The notes under the pieces were generated by a model. The model was not told the origin of the DNA. It saw only the letters and a list, made by a program, of their open reading frames with translations, and ran no database searches. The translations under genes and the position numbers were made by a program. Positions 17,766 to 26,857 of a stretch of DNA of 64,000 nucleotides are shown piece after piece; the first letter of the stretch is position 1; each line of letters opens with the position of its first letter. Where the stretch lies: assembly GCA_900317975.1 (NCBI GenBank), contig ONIZ01000001.1:135479-199478 (forward strand). The letters run 5' to 3'. The DNA is from an uncultured Bacillota bacterium. GTDB taxonomy: Bacteria > Bacillota_I > Bacilli_A > RF39 > UBA660.

Positions 17766-18441
17766 ATTTGATTTCTTTAACAGCTACTGAACCAAATAAC
17801 TTGTTTTCTTTTACAAAGTCACAATCATTCAAAAGTTGATTATACAGTTCTTTATTTGCTTTCTCTTGACATTGTATTTTGACAAAATCTTTAGCTTTTA
17901 AGATATCTTTACTGTCTAAAAGAATTTCAACAACATTTTGGAGTTTTATAGATTTTTCATATTCGGTAATTATTTGAATCTTAAGTAAATCTAAGTCAAA
18001 ATCATTCTTTCTACCTTTTATCAATGCAACAATATCTTTTATCTCTTCATCTTCATAGCATAGACCATAGTATAAATCATTTTTGTTATTTTCTTTTGTC
18101 ACATAGTCTTCAATGAACTTATAGAATCCAAGTTTATCATCTTCATTTGGAATGACACCTTGTGGAGCTATAATTTTCTTTATATGCTTTTGATCAATAT
18201 ACATCATTTTGCATTTGTTTAGATCAAAATGCTTTTTAATATATTGCTTATATTTCTCTATACTATCTCCCTTAAATATCTTATCATATTCATCCGGATC
18301 ATAACGGAATCTGTCATATTTCTTAGTTGATGGAGAAAAAAGATTATTAAACCATTCTTTTATAGCATCCCAAATCTTTCCTTCATGTATCTCATCATTG
18401 TATTCTAATTCTTCTAATAAATATTGTTGTAAAGTCTTCAT
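17728..18441 (-). CDS. hypothetical protein with a T4-CTS-like N-terminus
   Basis: MKTLQQYLLE compares with the T4 internal-protein capsid targeting sequence MKTYQEFIAE. It shares an I(K/S)EWFxNLF motif with 18438..19097. Confidence 0.55.
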   Translation of the reverse strand: MKTLQQYLLEELEYNDEIHEGKIWDAIKEWFNNLFSPSTKKYDRFRYDPDEYDKIFKGDSIEKYKQYIKKHFDLNKCKMMYIDQKHIKKIIAPQGVIPNEDDKLGFYKFIEDYVTKENNKNDLYYGLCYEDEEIKDIVALIKGRKNDFDLDLLKIQIITEYEKSIKLQNVVEILLDSKDILKAKDFVKIQCQEKANKELYNQLLNDCDFVKENKLFGSVAVKEIKYDDNKEDKNEKV

Positions 18442-19097
18442 TTAAAATTCTTAAAGAAAATATTTTTATTGTTGTTTTGAACTTTATAACCTAATAATGT
18501 AGTCATAGTCTTCTTTATTTCAGGCAAAGATAGAATATATTTAGCACCATTGAAATTTTTGTTCTTCATATTTGTTTCAAAGATACTATAGATATACTTT
18601 TCTACTGCTTCTTTGTTGTCAATTGAATCAATCACTTCTACATTAAATACATTAACATAGTTTTCATCATTTTTTGTATCTTCATCAAACAATATTATAC
18701 CTATATACTTCTTGTTGTCTGTCTTCTCATCCATTATATAGAAATATCTGTCTATCTTTATTGGATATTCAATTTTCTTCTTGTTGTCAGGAGATTCATG
18801 AACAAAATATTCATTCTTTTTAGATATCAACTTAGATGTAATAGGGAACCCAATATTCTCATCATTAATTATCTTCATTTCATTCTTATCTGCTAATGTG
18901 TCTGATAATTTTGATGGACTATCAGGGCTTTTTATATTTTTGATATTCTTATTGTCTATTGTGAAAGTTACTTCATCGGGTGATAATTCTTGTTGTGATT
19001 TGAATAGATTCTTAAACCACTCAGATATCTTACCAAGTAATCCTTCATTAAGTGTTTCAATTTCTCTTTCTGTAATATATCTATTGAATGATTGCAT
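18438..19097 (-). CDS. hypothetical protein with a T4-CTS-like N-terminus, paralog of 17728..18441
   Basis: MQSFNRYITE, then GKISEWFKNLF. Motif A lies 18 nt upstream. Confidence 0.55.
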   Translation of the reverse strand: MQSFNRYITEREIETLNEGLLGKISEWFKNLFKSQQELSPDEVTFTIDNKNIKNIKSPDSPSKLSDTLADKNEMKIINDENIGFPITSKLISKKNEYFVHESPDNKKKIEYPIKIDRYFYIMDEKTDNKKYIGIILFDEDTKNDENYVNVFNVEVIDSIDNKEAVEKYIYSIFETNMKNKNFNGAKYILSLPEIKKTMTTLLGYKVQNNNKNIFFKNFK

Positions 19098-19115
19098 AAA
19101 AAATACTATATTAAT

Positions 19116-19132
19116 TATATAATTAAAAATAA
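19116..19132 (-). promoter_or_regulatory. motif A, copy 4
   Basis: Exact 17-mer, 18 nt upstream of the ATG at 19097. Confidence 0.5.
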
Positions 19133-19157
19133 TTTTTTATGATGAATTATATCACTT

Positions 19158-19177
19158 TATGAACTATTTTATTATTA
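19158..19177 (+). promoter_or_regulatory. motif B, copy 3
   Basis: tatgaACTATtttattatta, upstream of 19204. Confidence 0.45.
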
Positions 19178-19203
19178 ACTAAAACATTAAATTATAGAAT
19201 AAT

Positions 19204-19503
19204 ATGGAATGGATTAAACTTCATTGGAAAGAGATTGTGATGGTAGTATTAGCTATATTTTGTTTGAATAAATGTACACAATCATGTTCAAGACAGAATG
19301 AACTTAATACACAGCAAATACAAATGTCACGACTTGATTCAATCAATACAGTAATGATAGATTCAATTGCAAAGCTTAATACAATAATAAAAGTATATGA
19401 AGAGAAAGTTTCAGGTCTAAATCAGGCATTAAATATTCAAGATGAAGCCAATAAGAGACTTTCAGAAGCAAAAAAGAACATTAATGTAAATGTTAAGAAA
19501 TAA
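19204..19503 (+). CDS. N-terminally membrane-anchored coiled-coil protein (i-spanin-like architecture, speculative)
   Basis: Transmembrane segment IVMVVLAIFCL, followed by heptad-like sequence. Confidence 0.45.
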   Translation: MEWIKLHWKEIVMVVLAIFCLNKCTQSCSRQNELNTQQIQMSRLDSINTVMIDSIAKLNTIIKVYEEKVSGLNQALNIQDEANKRLSEAKKNINVNVKK

Positions 19504-19751
19504 TGAAAAAAGGAATAAAAATACCATTGATGAATTTGTGGTATGTAATATTGACATTAGTATTCATACTTGCAAAGAATAGTGGAATAATTGATTGGGG
19601 TCCATTATGGATATTGTCCCCTCTTTGGATCCCTTCAGCTATAGCATTATCTATTTGGGGTAGTGTAATGTTATTAAGGATATTACTAGAAATCATAGCA
19701 TTTATTAATTCATTATATAGAAAATATTTGTCAAAGCATAAAATTAAATAA
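19503..19751 (+). CDS. small polytopic membrane protein (holin-like architecture, speculative)
   Basis: 82 aa with two or three hydrophobic helices (LWYVILTLVFILA, WILSPLWIPSAIALSIWGSVMLL). TAATG overlap with the upstream gene. Confidence 0.45.
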   Translation: MKKGIKIPLMNLWYVILTLVFILAKNSGIIDWGPLWILSPLWIPSAIALSIWGSVMLLRILLEIIAFINSLYRKYLSKHKIK

Positions 19752-19754
19752 TTT

Positions 19755-20696
19755 ATGAAAATTACAATAGATACTAAAACAGGAGAAGTAAAAGTTGGTG
19801 GAAAGCCATTTAATGAAGCAAGTGAGGCAAACAAGAATCTTGCGGAAACTTATCTTAGGAAAGCAGTAAGAGAGAATACAATGCTTTCTGATTATGAAAT
19901 AGATTCTATGTGGATGTCTTATCGTTATTGTATTGGACGTCATACTATAGCATCTCATATGAGGGCTAATGATATTTGGAAGCATTGTAGAAATCGTATG
20001 ACTAAGGAACGTCAATTGTTCAATGCTTATGATATGAATAGAGAAATTGAACAGAGAATGGCATTCACATATCCATGCTTTAGATTTCCATTAACAAATC
20101 TTAACCGTATCTATACAACAGCGGTGGATATTGTTTGTGAATTCATGGAAGACTACAATATTCAGAGTAAGGAAGATTTTCTCAAATATAGAGATATTGA
20201 TGTCATTCTTGCAGATAATGAAAGAGGCTATAAGCTTGAGACAACAACATGGGAAGAATGGTTACGTCCTCAGGTATTGAAGATATGCCAGAATATTTAT
20301 GACAATAATGAATTGACTGAAGAAGAGGCATGGGCTATGTTTGAGAAATGGAATGAAGGTGACCAAGAAATGATAGATACATTTGACTGGAAATTCAAAC
20401 CATTGACAAAAGACATTCCTAATCCTGAAAACTTCTATTTCCTTGATTTTGAAGATCTATTTGTTTGGAATGATCTTGTACATTGTTTTGATCATGAGCA
20501 TTATCATAAGTCTGTTCTTGTAGATGGAACTGAATGTGAATGGTTCTGGACATGGACTGAGAAATCTGAAAAACGAGATGATGGATATTATTATAAAGCA
20601 TTCGGATACAAGAAGATTAGAGTTCCTGTAGACAAATGGAATGGAAGCTATACTACATGGATTCCTGATGAGGTAATTGAAAAAGATCTTTATTAA
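19755..20696 (+). CDS. hypothetical protein
   Basis: 313-aa ORF with an ATG start, tightly packed in a plus-strand operon. Confidence 0.55.
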   Translation: MKITIDTKTGEVKVGGKPFNEASEANKNLAETYLRKAVRENTMLSDYEIDSMWMSYRYCIGRHTIASHMRANDIWKHCRNRMTKERQLFNAYDMNREIEQRMAFTYPCFRFPLTNLNRIYTTAVDIVCEFMEDYNIQSKEDFLKYRDIDVILADNERGYKLETTTWEEWLRPQVLKICQNIYDNNELTEEEAWAMFEKWNEGDQEMIDTFDWKFKPLTKDIPNPENFYFLDFEDLFVWNDLVHCFDHEHYHKSVLVDGTECEWFWTWTEKSEKRDDGYYYKAFGYKKIRVPVDKWNGSYTTWIPDEVIEKDLY

Positions 20697-20713
20697 CTAA
20701 AATATAATAATTC

Positions 20714-21172
20714 ATGGAAAAACAGAACATAAAAGAAGAGTTATTTCGTAAGCATCTATCATGTTGGCCTCCCGAGAATGAAGCAGCAAAACTTTATCAT
20801 ATGTTTTTAAAGGAACACCCTGAATATGAAGATGCCCCAATTAGGTGTATAATTGATTCTAAGGAAATGGAAGAGGATCATTATGGAAATGGCGGTGGAG
20901 TTGAAAATACATTAATCATCTATAATGAAAGAGAAGAGACAGATGAAGAGTATGAGAGAAGAATTAAAGAATGTGAAAACCAATTAATTGATAAATATTC
21001 TAATGAAATTGTATTGGAGTTAACCCATCTTGAATCTTCTTTACGAAAACCATCAAATGACTATCTTAACAAGGATAGAATTATCAATGAATTAAAATCA
21101 AATATAGACAAATATTTTAAAAATCTTTATATTTTAGCTCACGAAAAAGATATTGATTACATTAAAAAATAA
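20714..21172 (+). CDS. hypothetical acidic protein
   Basis: 152-aa ORF in the operon. Confidence 0.5.
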   Translation: MEKQNIKEELFRKHLSCWPPENEAAKLYHMFLKEHPEYEDAPIRCIIDSKEMEEDHYGNGGGVENTLIIYNEREETDEEYERRIKECENQLIDKYSNEIVLELTHLESSLRKPSNDYLNKDRIINELKSNIDKYFKNLYILAHEKDIDYIKK

Positions 21173-21179
21173 ATAATTC

Positions 21180-21413
21180 ATGGATAAGAAAGACAAAAAT
21201 GGACAAGTGATTGAATATGATTCACAACCGTATGGAAATTGTTATTTTCAATATAAAGATATTCGAATAGAAATTGATGAAGATGTTAATTTAATTAGAA
21301 TTATGAAAGGTAATAATGTTATTAAGTATTGGTATGCACAAGATACAATACAAGCATCAAAACTACCAAAGTGTTGTGATATTATTAATGAATATATAAA
21401 AGTATTTGAATAA
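21180..21413 (+). CDS. hypothetical protein
   Basis: 77-aa ORF in the operon. Confidence 0.45.
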   Translation: MDKKDKNGQVIEYDSQPYGNCYFQYKDIRIEIDEDVNLIRIMKGNNVIKYWYAQDTIQASKLPKCCDIINEYIKVFE

Positions 21414-21414
21414 T

Positions 21415-21585
21415 ATGATATACGAAGGAGTTGACAAATTTGAATATAAAGTTCAAAAGATTAGTTTTAGATCTCTTGAAAAGACATTAAATGAATTAGG
21501 ATCGGATGGATGGGAACTAATCATGATAGATGAAGATAATTATATATTTAAGAGGAAGGTTACTGAAATCTTAATTAACGAATAA
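21415..21585 (+). CDS. small hypothetical protein (56 aa, DUF4177-like GWEL motif), below the ORF-track cutoff
   Basis: The ATG at 21415 comes 1 nt after the upstream stop. Translation is MIYEGVDKFEYKVQKISFRSLEKTLNELGSDGWELIMIDEDNYIFKRKVTEILINE. It ends inside the terminator stem. Confidence 0.4.
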   Translation: MIYEGVDKFEYKVQKISFRSLEKTLNELGSDGWELIMIDEDNYIFKRKVTEILINE

Positions 21586-21616
21586 AAAATGGAAGAACTT
21601 AAGTTCTTCCATTTTT
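21585..21616. terminator. bidirectional terminator
   Basis: Perfect 14-bp stem, aaaaatggaagaac (21585..21598) with gttcttccattttt (21603..21616), and loop ttaa. Confidence 0.7.
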
Positions 21617-21620
21617 CTTT

Positions 21621-22058
21621 TTAGTCCTTTTCAATATAGTATCTTTTTAGCTTCTTGTCATATTTGATAATATCTAAATCTCCTTCATATCTTACTTCTT
21701 TATCATTGTCATCCAAATAAGAAAAATATTCCTTTTTTGCTTCTACAGCAGGATGATAGATTAGAGGAATTTCAATTTGCTGTATTGATAATAGAAAATA
21801 TGTTGCATCTGGATTCTTCTTTATTTTTGAACGTAATCCATTATATATTTTCTCTTCCCCGTTTTCAATATATGTAAAATATGAGTTCCATCCGTCTTGG
21901 GCTTGAATCTCAGGAAAATAAGTCAATTCTACTTTTTCTTCTATTATCTTTGTTTGAGTCAAGAAACCATCAATAGTATTCTCGGAAATATTCTTTACAA
22001 CCTTTCCTACATAATATTTCTTATTTCCTTCTTCATCTATATAATAATATTTGCCCAT
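21621..22058 (-). CDS. hypothetical protein with Y-rich short repeats, paralog-like to 26347..26760
   Basis: YFTYIENGEEKIYNG and YFSYLDDNDKEVRYEG resemble YYTYMNEEGQEKRFDN and ENKEYFGDIYYD in 26347..26760. Confidence 0.5.
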   Translation of the reverse strand: MGKYYYIDEEGNKKYYVGKVVKNISENTIDGFLTQTKIIEEKVELTYFPEIQAQDGWNSYFTYIENGEEKIYNGLRSKIKKNPDATYFLLSIQQIEIPLIYHPAVEAKKEYFSYLDDNDKEVRYEGDLDIIKYDKKLKRYYIEKD

Positions 22059-22081
22059 TTGTTATTTACGATATTTTTAAG

Positions 22082-23716
22082 TTATAATGATGCTTTGATC
22101 TTCTTGATTTCCATATCAACGTAAGCTTTAATTGCTGCAGGAATATTTACATTTGCACTTACACCAATTACTTTGAACTTGCTAGTATCAAATGCATTTT
22201 CTCCACCGTTTTCGGTAATTGCAAAATCATTGTCTCCAAATTCAGAAGCAGGAGAAGCTAAGCCCCATGCCTTATGACCTTCACCTGCTCCAAATACTGT
22301 GAAGTTCCAAGGTGTTACATCATCTTTGCCTTCATATTGGAATTTGATCATTACATTAGCATCATCTTCAAAACTAATTGCTACCCATGGTAATTTTGCT
22401 CCTGGAGCATTAACTGTTCCTTCCCAACAATGTACACAATTTCCATTATATGCAACAGATTCAATTGTAAATACTAGTCCTGTAGATTCTGTCAAATTGA
22501 TATCATTAAACAATTCTAGATCTTGAGCTTCCATACCATAGAAAATAGGTGCATAATATGTTACATCATTGATGACAAGTTTCTGTGCTCTTTCACTTGC
22601 CCATGTTGCTCCACATTCAACAGCTTCATTACCAATATTTCCATGATAATATCTATCATTGAAGTTTACTGCTCTATTTTCTACTGCATTCCAAAGATCT
22701 TCTTCTGGATATTTCTGATAATATTTCTTCAATACACCGTTTTCATATGATTCTTGCCAGCTTTGAGCATTATTGATGAATTCATATTCTAATTCTGTTT
22801 CTTCACCAAATGTACCTAATTCAGCCTTTGTTGCATACTTATTGTCAGATTCTTCTTTAGTATAAGAATCTCCAACATTAGCTTTACCTGAGATATCTTG
22901 TTCAGTTAAATATTCACCTATAGGTTGGAATGCAGCATTTGCTTCATCTTTAGTATAAACATTTTCAATATTTGCCTTTGCAGCAATAGAATTAGTTAAT
23001 GCAGCTACAGCATCATCATTATTTGCGAGTTTCTCACCGATTTCCTGTAATGTATCAAGAGCTTCTGGAGCAGCACCAACAATCTTCTGAATTTCTTGAG
23101 TTACATATGCAGTTGTAGCAATATGTTGATTATCATTTAGTGTAACACCATCTATTGAATTAAGATTCATATGAATTTGAGCTGATCCAAAATCTGCAAC
23201 ATTCCATTTACTTACCATTGCGAGATTATATGTTGATACATTATCAGTAGCTGTACCAAGAATAGTATCATGATTCTTTAATACAATATGATGTCTTTCG
23301 GCTGAAGATGCTACCCAAGAAACTTTATCATCTAAATCGGTTTTTAAAGCATAGTTTTCTAAAGCTGATGCATCAAATGATCCATCTTTACCTTTTAATG
23401 ATGCAAGCCATTCTTCTTCAGTACCTTCAAAACCATTCTCTTGGGCAATTTCATAAGCAGATTTACCGTTTTCACCGGGTTGAGCTGCTGAAGTTCCAAG
23501 TTCTTTAATCCAAGATAATAATTCGCCAGTGGTATTGATTTCTTTTTCCTCACTAACTTCTGCCCCATTCCAATCGATATCAATAGCATTTACAACCTTA
23601 CCATCATCTGTTCCAATTTGACCTTTTACAACAATAGGAGATGTAGATAGTTCGATTCCTTCATTTTTTACTGCATTGAAAGTGATTCCATTCTGTGTTA
23701 TTTCTATGTTTGCCAT
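22082..23716 (-). CDS. tail fibre protein
   Basis: GENGKSAYEIAQENGFEGTEEEWLASLKGKDG is a common phage fibre motif. IVGAAPEALDTLQEIGEKLANNDDAV is shared with the gene at <1..927. Confidence 0.7.
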   Translation of the reverse strand: MANIEITQNGITFNAVKNEGIELSTSPIVVKGQIGTDDGKVVNAIDIDWNGAEVSEEKEINTTGELLSWIKELGTSAAQPGENGKSAYEIAQENGFEGTEEEWLASLKGKDGSFDASALENYALKTDLDDKVSWVASSAERHHIVLKNHDTILGTATDNVSTYNLAMVSKWNVADFGSAQIHMNLNSIDGVTLNDNQHIATTAYVTQEIQKIVGAAPEALDTLQEIGEKLANNDDAVAALTNSIAAKANIENVYTKDEANAAFQPIGEYLTEQDISGKANVGDSYTKEESDNKYATKAELGTFGEETELEYEFINNAQSWQESYENGVLKKYYQKYPEEDLWNAVENRAVNFNDRYYHGNIGNEAVECGATWASERAQKLVINDVTYYAPIFYGMEAQDLELFNDINLTESTGLVFTIESVAYNGNCVHCWEGTVNAPGAKLPWVAISFEDDANVMIKFQYEGKDDVTPWNFTVFGAGEGHKAWGLASPASEFGDNDFAITENGGENAFDTSKFKVIGVSANVNIPAAIKAYVDMEIKKIKASL

Positions 23717-23754
23717 ATTTGTTATATATGTTATATATTTTTATATTTATTAAT

Positions 23755-24678
23755 TTAACTTATCTTTATCTTAATAATACCTGTTTCAACTATTTTTGCT
23801 GATCTATAGACTTTATATCCTTCAATATTAGCCTCTGTATCAACTGTAGTAATATCTGCATCATTAAAGCCTGGATCTACAAATTGTACTGTCTTATCAT
23901 CTTTTACCAAAACATATACATAACCAGTAGCTGGTGCCTCATATGTAGATTCTTCAGGATATTCTTCAATCTCTTGAGCACCATTTGCCGTTGTATAATT
24001 ATCAGTAGTTATTTCAGTTTGTCCATAAGAGAAATAATATTTTGGAACTTCAGGAGTATCAGGTTCTTCTTGAATGTTTACACTTAATGTTTTTGTAAAT
24101 ATTGCTTCATTATATGTTTCAGTTTCCAGTAGATGAGCTGTCAAAATAGTTTCACCATTATTACCTGTTAAAGTAACAATACCATTACTATTAATTGTAG
24201 CAATATTTGTATTAGATGAAGTGAATTCAATTTGGTTTACTGTAATATTTGGAATAGCAATCACTAGTTCTGGTAATTCATCATTAGCATTTGTTATTTC
24301 CCAAGGATCAACATATTGATGTTCAGGTTGTATTCTCCAATACATATCTCCAATGGTAACATTATACTTAAATGATTTAGGATTAACATGAATAATATCC
24401 AACAGTTTTTCTTTTGATTCTGAACTAAGATTTGTCAATCCAGCAAAAGCACCATCTTTAACAGTTATTTCTTCATTTAATTCAATATTTACAATTTGTG
24501 GATTATTTGCAAATATATCATCAGGAATTATTTTTGTTACTTCATCATCAAAAAAGAATTTAACAGTAGCTTTTTCAACCCCATTACCTAATGTATATTT
24601 ACCATTATTAGCGTATAATTGAGTTAAATCAATCTCATTATCATTTACAATTATTTTCTTAAATAGATTAGTATTCAT
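23755..24678 (-). CDS. tail-associated protein with a partial BspA-type LRR and a Big_2-like domain
   Basis: IEFTSSNTNIATINSNGIVTLTGNNGETILTA is a Big_2 signature. The N-terminus has a DGAFAGLTNL-type repeat. Confidence 0.55.
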   Translation of the reverse strand: MNTNLFKKIIVNDNEIDLTQLYANNGKYTLGNGVEKATVKFFFDDEVTKIIPDDIFANNPQIVNIELNEEITVKDGAFAGLTNLSSESKEKLLDIIHVNPKSFKYNVTIGDMYWRIQPEHQYVDPWEITNANDELPELVIAIPNITVNQIEFTSSNTNIATINSNGIVTLTGNNGETILTAHLLETETYNEAIFTKTLSVNIQEEPDTPEVPKYYFSYGQTEITTDNYTTANGAQEIEEYPEESTYEAPATGYVYVLVKDDKTVQFVDPGFNDADITTVDTEANIEGYKVYRSAKIVETGIIKIKIS

Positions 24679-24703
24679 TTTTATATATTATGTATTATTT
24701 TTT

Positions 24704-26320
24704 TTAATTGCCATTTATAATTTGAATATCTCCATTAGTATCTGGTTCATATTCATTAATGATATCTGGATCTGCCTCTGGTTCTGCATTATTATTTATG
24801 ATTTGAATATCTCCATCATCAGTTTCAAATTCTATTTCAATGTCAGGAATTTCTTCAGGTAGAGGTTCTTGAATATTGATTACATAATTCAATATTGTTG
24901 CATTATAGTTTTCAGATCCTTCAAATGTTACTGTTATTGTAGCATTTCCTGTTGCATCCTTGAATGTAAGATTTCCTTCATTGTCTACAGTTACAAGATC
25001 TTCATTAGAAGAAATGAAAGTAACAGGTAATGAATGAGGATTGTTGATTTCTATCTTAGCAAGATCAATCTCATCTTTATATAATGTTACTGGAGAAACT
25101 GGCATTGCATTATTGAATGATATTCCAGAATCTTGCTTACTACCCTTTACAATTGTTATCATGACATCCATAAATGTTGCAGCATAAAGATCAGTACCCT
25201 TATATTGAATGCTTAATGCAACATTTCCTACACGTGATAAAGCTGGCGTAATCTTATGTTCTGCTTCGTTTATTGAAATCCATGAAGCATTTGAAGTAGC
25301 AACAATAGACAAATTACCATCTAATGGTAAGTTATTTGGATTTGAAATCCATTCAGTAATATCATAGATAGATCCTATTTCAATTGTTATATTTTTCTCT
25401 ATCATTGAAAGACCTGATGCATTCTTACGGAATGGTAATGAAAGAGAAGCAGAAAAATATGTTCCATCATAGTAAGGCTCTGTACAAGCATATATGATAA
25501 CATTACCAGATTTGTTTGCTTTGAATGTCATCTCACCAGTCTGATCAATACTTACAATATCACTATTTGATGAAAGATATGTAATCTTCTGATTTGTAGT
25601 ATTTTGTGGTAGTATATTGAATCCATAGATCTGTTTTACTTGATCCTGTGTAGATGCATATGTTGTCTCAAATGAACGCATATTAGCTCCATTATAAGTG
25701 AAATTGATTTCTTCAGGTTTTACTCTGAATCTCTCTTCAATGACATGTGAATAATCATGTACTTCATTCCACTGATCATAGTAATATTCTCCACCATCAG
25801 ATAGAAGTTCATAGTCAATCTCATCATAACCACCGATTTCATTCTTAGTAAAATATTGAACACTTCCATCAGTAACAATATGATCAAAATCTTCTACCTT
25901 TACAAATTTTGATCCATCTGGAATATAGCAAAATGTTGTAGGAGCAAGATCAGAAAAGAAGATTGTTGGTGGTACACGTGTTTCAGGATCTTCTTTTTTT
26001 GTAAACTGGATTTCTGTTAATGAGGTACATCCATTGAAAACATTTGGTCCAACATAATCAATAGTTTCTGGAAGTTCAATCTTCTTCAACTTTACACAGT
26101 TTTCAAATGCATTTCTTTTGATTGTTGTAATCATTGATGGGAATTCAACCTTTGTCAAATCATCACAATTCTTGAATGCATAAGCACAAATCTCATTAGT
26201 ATTTTCCAATCCAATCTTTACATTATGAACACCTGAACGAGTGAAATTATAAGTAAATGGAAATACAGTAGATTCATCTAAACTAATATTTACATCATCT
26301 ATTATTATTTTATTTACCAT
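24704..26320 (-). CDS. BspA-type leucine-rich-repeat (LRR_5) protein with two or three Big_2 Ig-like domains
   Basis: ICAYAFKNCDDLTKVEFPSMITTIKRNAFENCVKLKKIELPETIDYVGPNVFNGCTSLTEIQF. Also YLSSNSDIVSIDQTGEMTFKANKSGNVIIYA and FISSNEDLVTVDNEGNLTFKDATGNATITV. Confidence 0.7.
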   Translation of the reverse strand: MVNKIIIDDVNISLDESTVFPFTYNFTRSGVHNVKIGLENTNEICAYAFKNCDDLTKVEFPSMITTIKRNAFENCVKLKKIELPETIDYVGPNVFNGCTSLTEIQFTKKEDPETRVPPTIFFSDLAPTTFCYIPDGSKFVKVEDFDHIVTDGSVQYFTKNEIGGYDEIDYELLSDGGEYYYDQWNEVHDYSHVIEERFRVKPEEINFTYNGANMRSFETTYASTQDQVKQIYGFNILPQNTTNQKITYLSSNSDIVSIDQTGEMTFKANKSGNVIIYACTEPYYDGTYFSASLSLPFRKNASGLSMIEKNITIEIGSIYDITEWISNPNNLPLDGNLSIVATSNASWISINEAEHKITPALSRVGNVALSIQYKGTDLYAATFMDVMITIVKGSKQDSGISFNNAMPVSPVTLYKDEIDLAKIEINNPHSLPVTFISSNEDLVTVDNEGNLTFKDATGNATITVTFEGSENYNATILNYVINIQEPLPEEIPDIEIEFETDDGDIQIINNNAEPEADPDIINEYEPDTNGDIQIINGN

Positions 26321-26346
26321 GGTTCTTATATGTTATATATTATATA

Positions 26347-26760
26347 TTATTCTTCAAATAGTTTGATTTTCTTATTAAAGCATTTTGTTCTTTTGTCTAT
26401 TCCGTAATATTTGTCATTTTCACTATCATAATATATATCACCAAAATATTCTTTATTCTCATTATCAACAAAACGCTCTCTTTGGTAATTGACACTTGAA
26501 CAACCTTTGACAAAAGTTACTGGAAGTTTAGTCACATAGTTTTTCTTAGCAACATATTCATCACTTGATACTTTCAATATATTGTAACTAGAATTGTCAA
26601 ATCTTTTCTCTTGTCCTTCTTCATTCATATATGTATAATACACTGGTTGTTCTGGCTCTTTATGATGAAAATTGAGATAGATTCTTTCCTTTTTCTTAAT
26701 GATATTTTGCTTGATATTTGTCTTCTTATTACTTTTAACATCAAAAACTATGCTTGCCAT
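26347..26760 (-). CDS. hypothetical protein, first gene of the fibre block
   Basis: 137-aa ORF with Y-rich repeats, as in 21621..22058. Confidence 0.5.
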   Translation of the reverse strand: MASIVFDVKSNKKTNIKQNIIKKKERIYLNFHHKEPEQPVYYTYMNEEGQEKRFDNSSYNILKVSSDEYVAKKNYVTKLPVTFVKGCSSVNYQRERFVDNENKEYFGDIYYDSENDKYYGIDKRTKCFNKKIKLFEE

Positions 26761-26798
26761 AAATAAAATAGTGAAATTAATTTGTATATGTTCTTATT

Positions 26799-26814
26799 TT
26801 ATATTTAAAAATAA
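26799..26814 (-). promoter_or_regulatory. degenerate motif A (ttatatttaaaaataa)
   Basis: Lacks the AAT of the exact 17-mer. About 38 nt upstream of the ATG at 26760. Confidence 0.3.
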
Positions 26815-26857
26815 ATTATATTTTTAATTAAAATTATAGGTAATAACAAACAAGCAT

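Noticed and set aside
19493-20015. Minus-strand ORFs 19493..19834 and 19731..20015
   Set aside because: They overlap plus-strand genes that are tightly coupled (TAATG junction) and sit in a plus-strand operon with a motif B promoter. No minus-strand promoter or terminator context exists.
22082-26320. Diversity-generating retroelement targeting the fibre genes
   Set aside because: The window has no reverse transcriptase gene, and I saw no template/variable repeat pair with adenine-specific differences.
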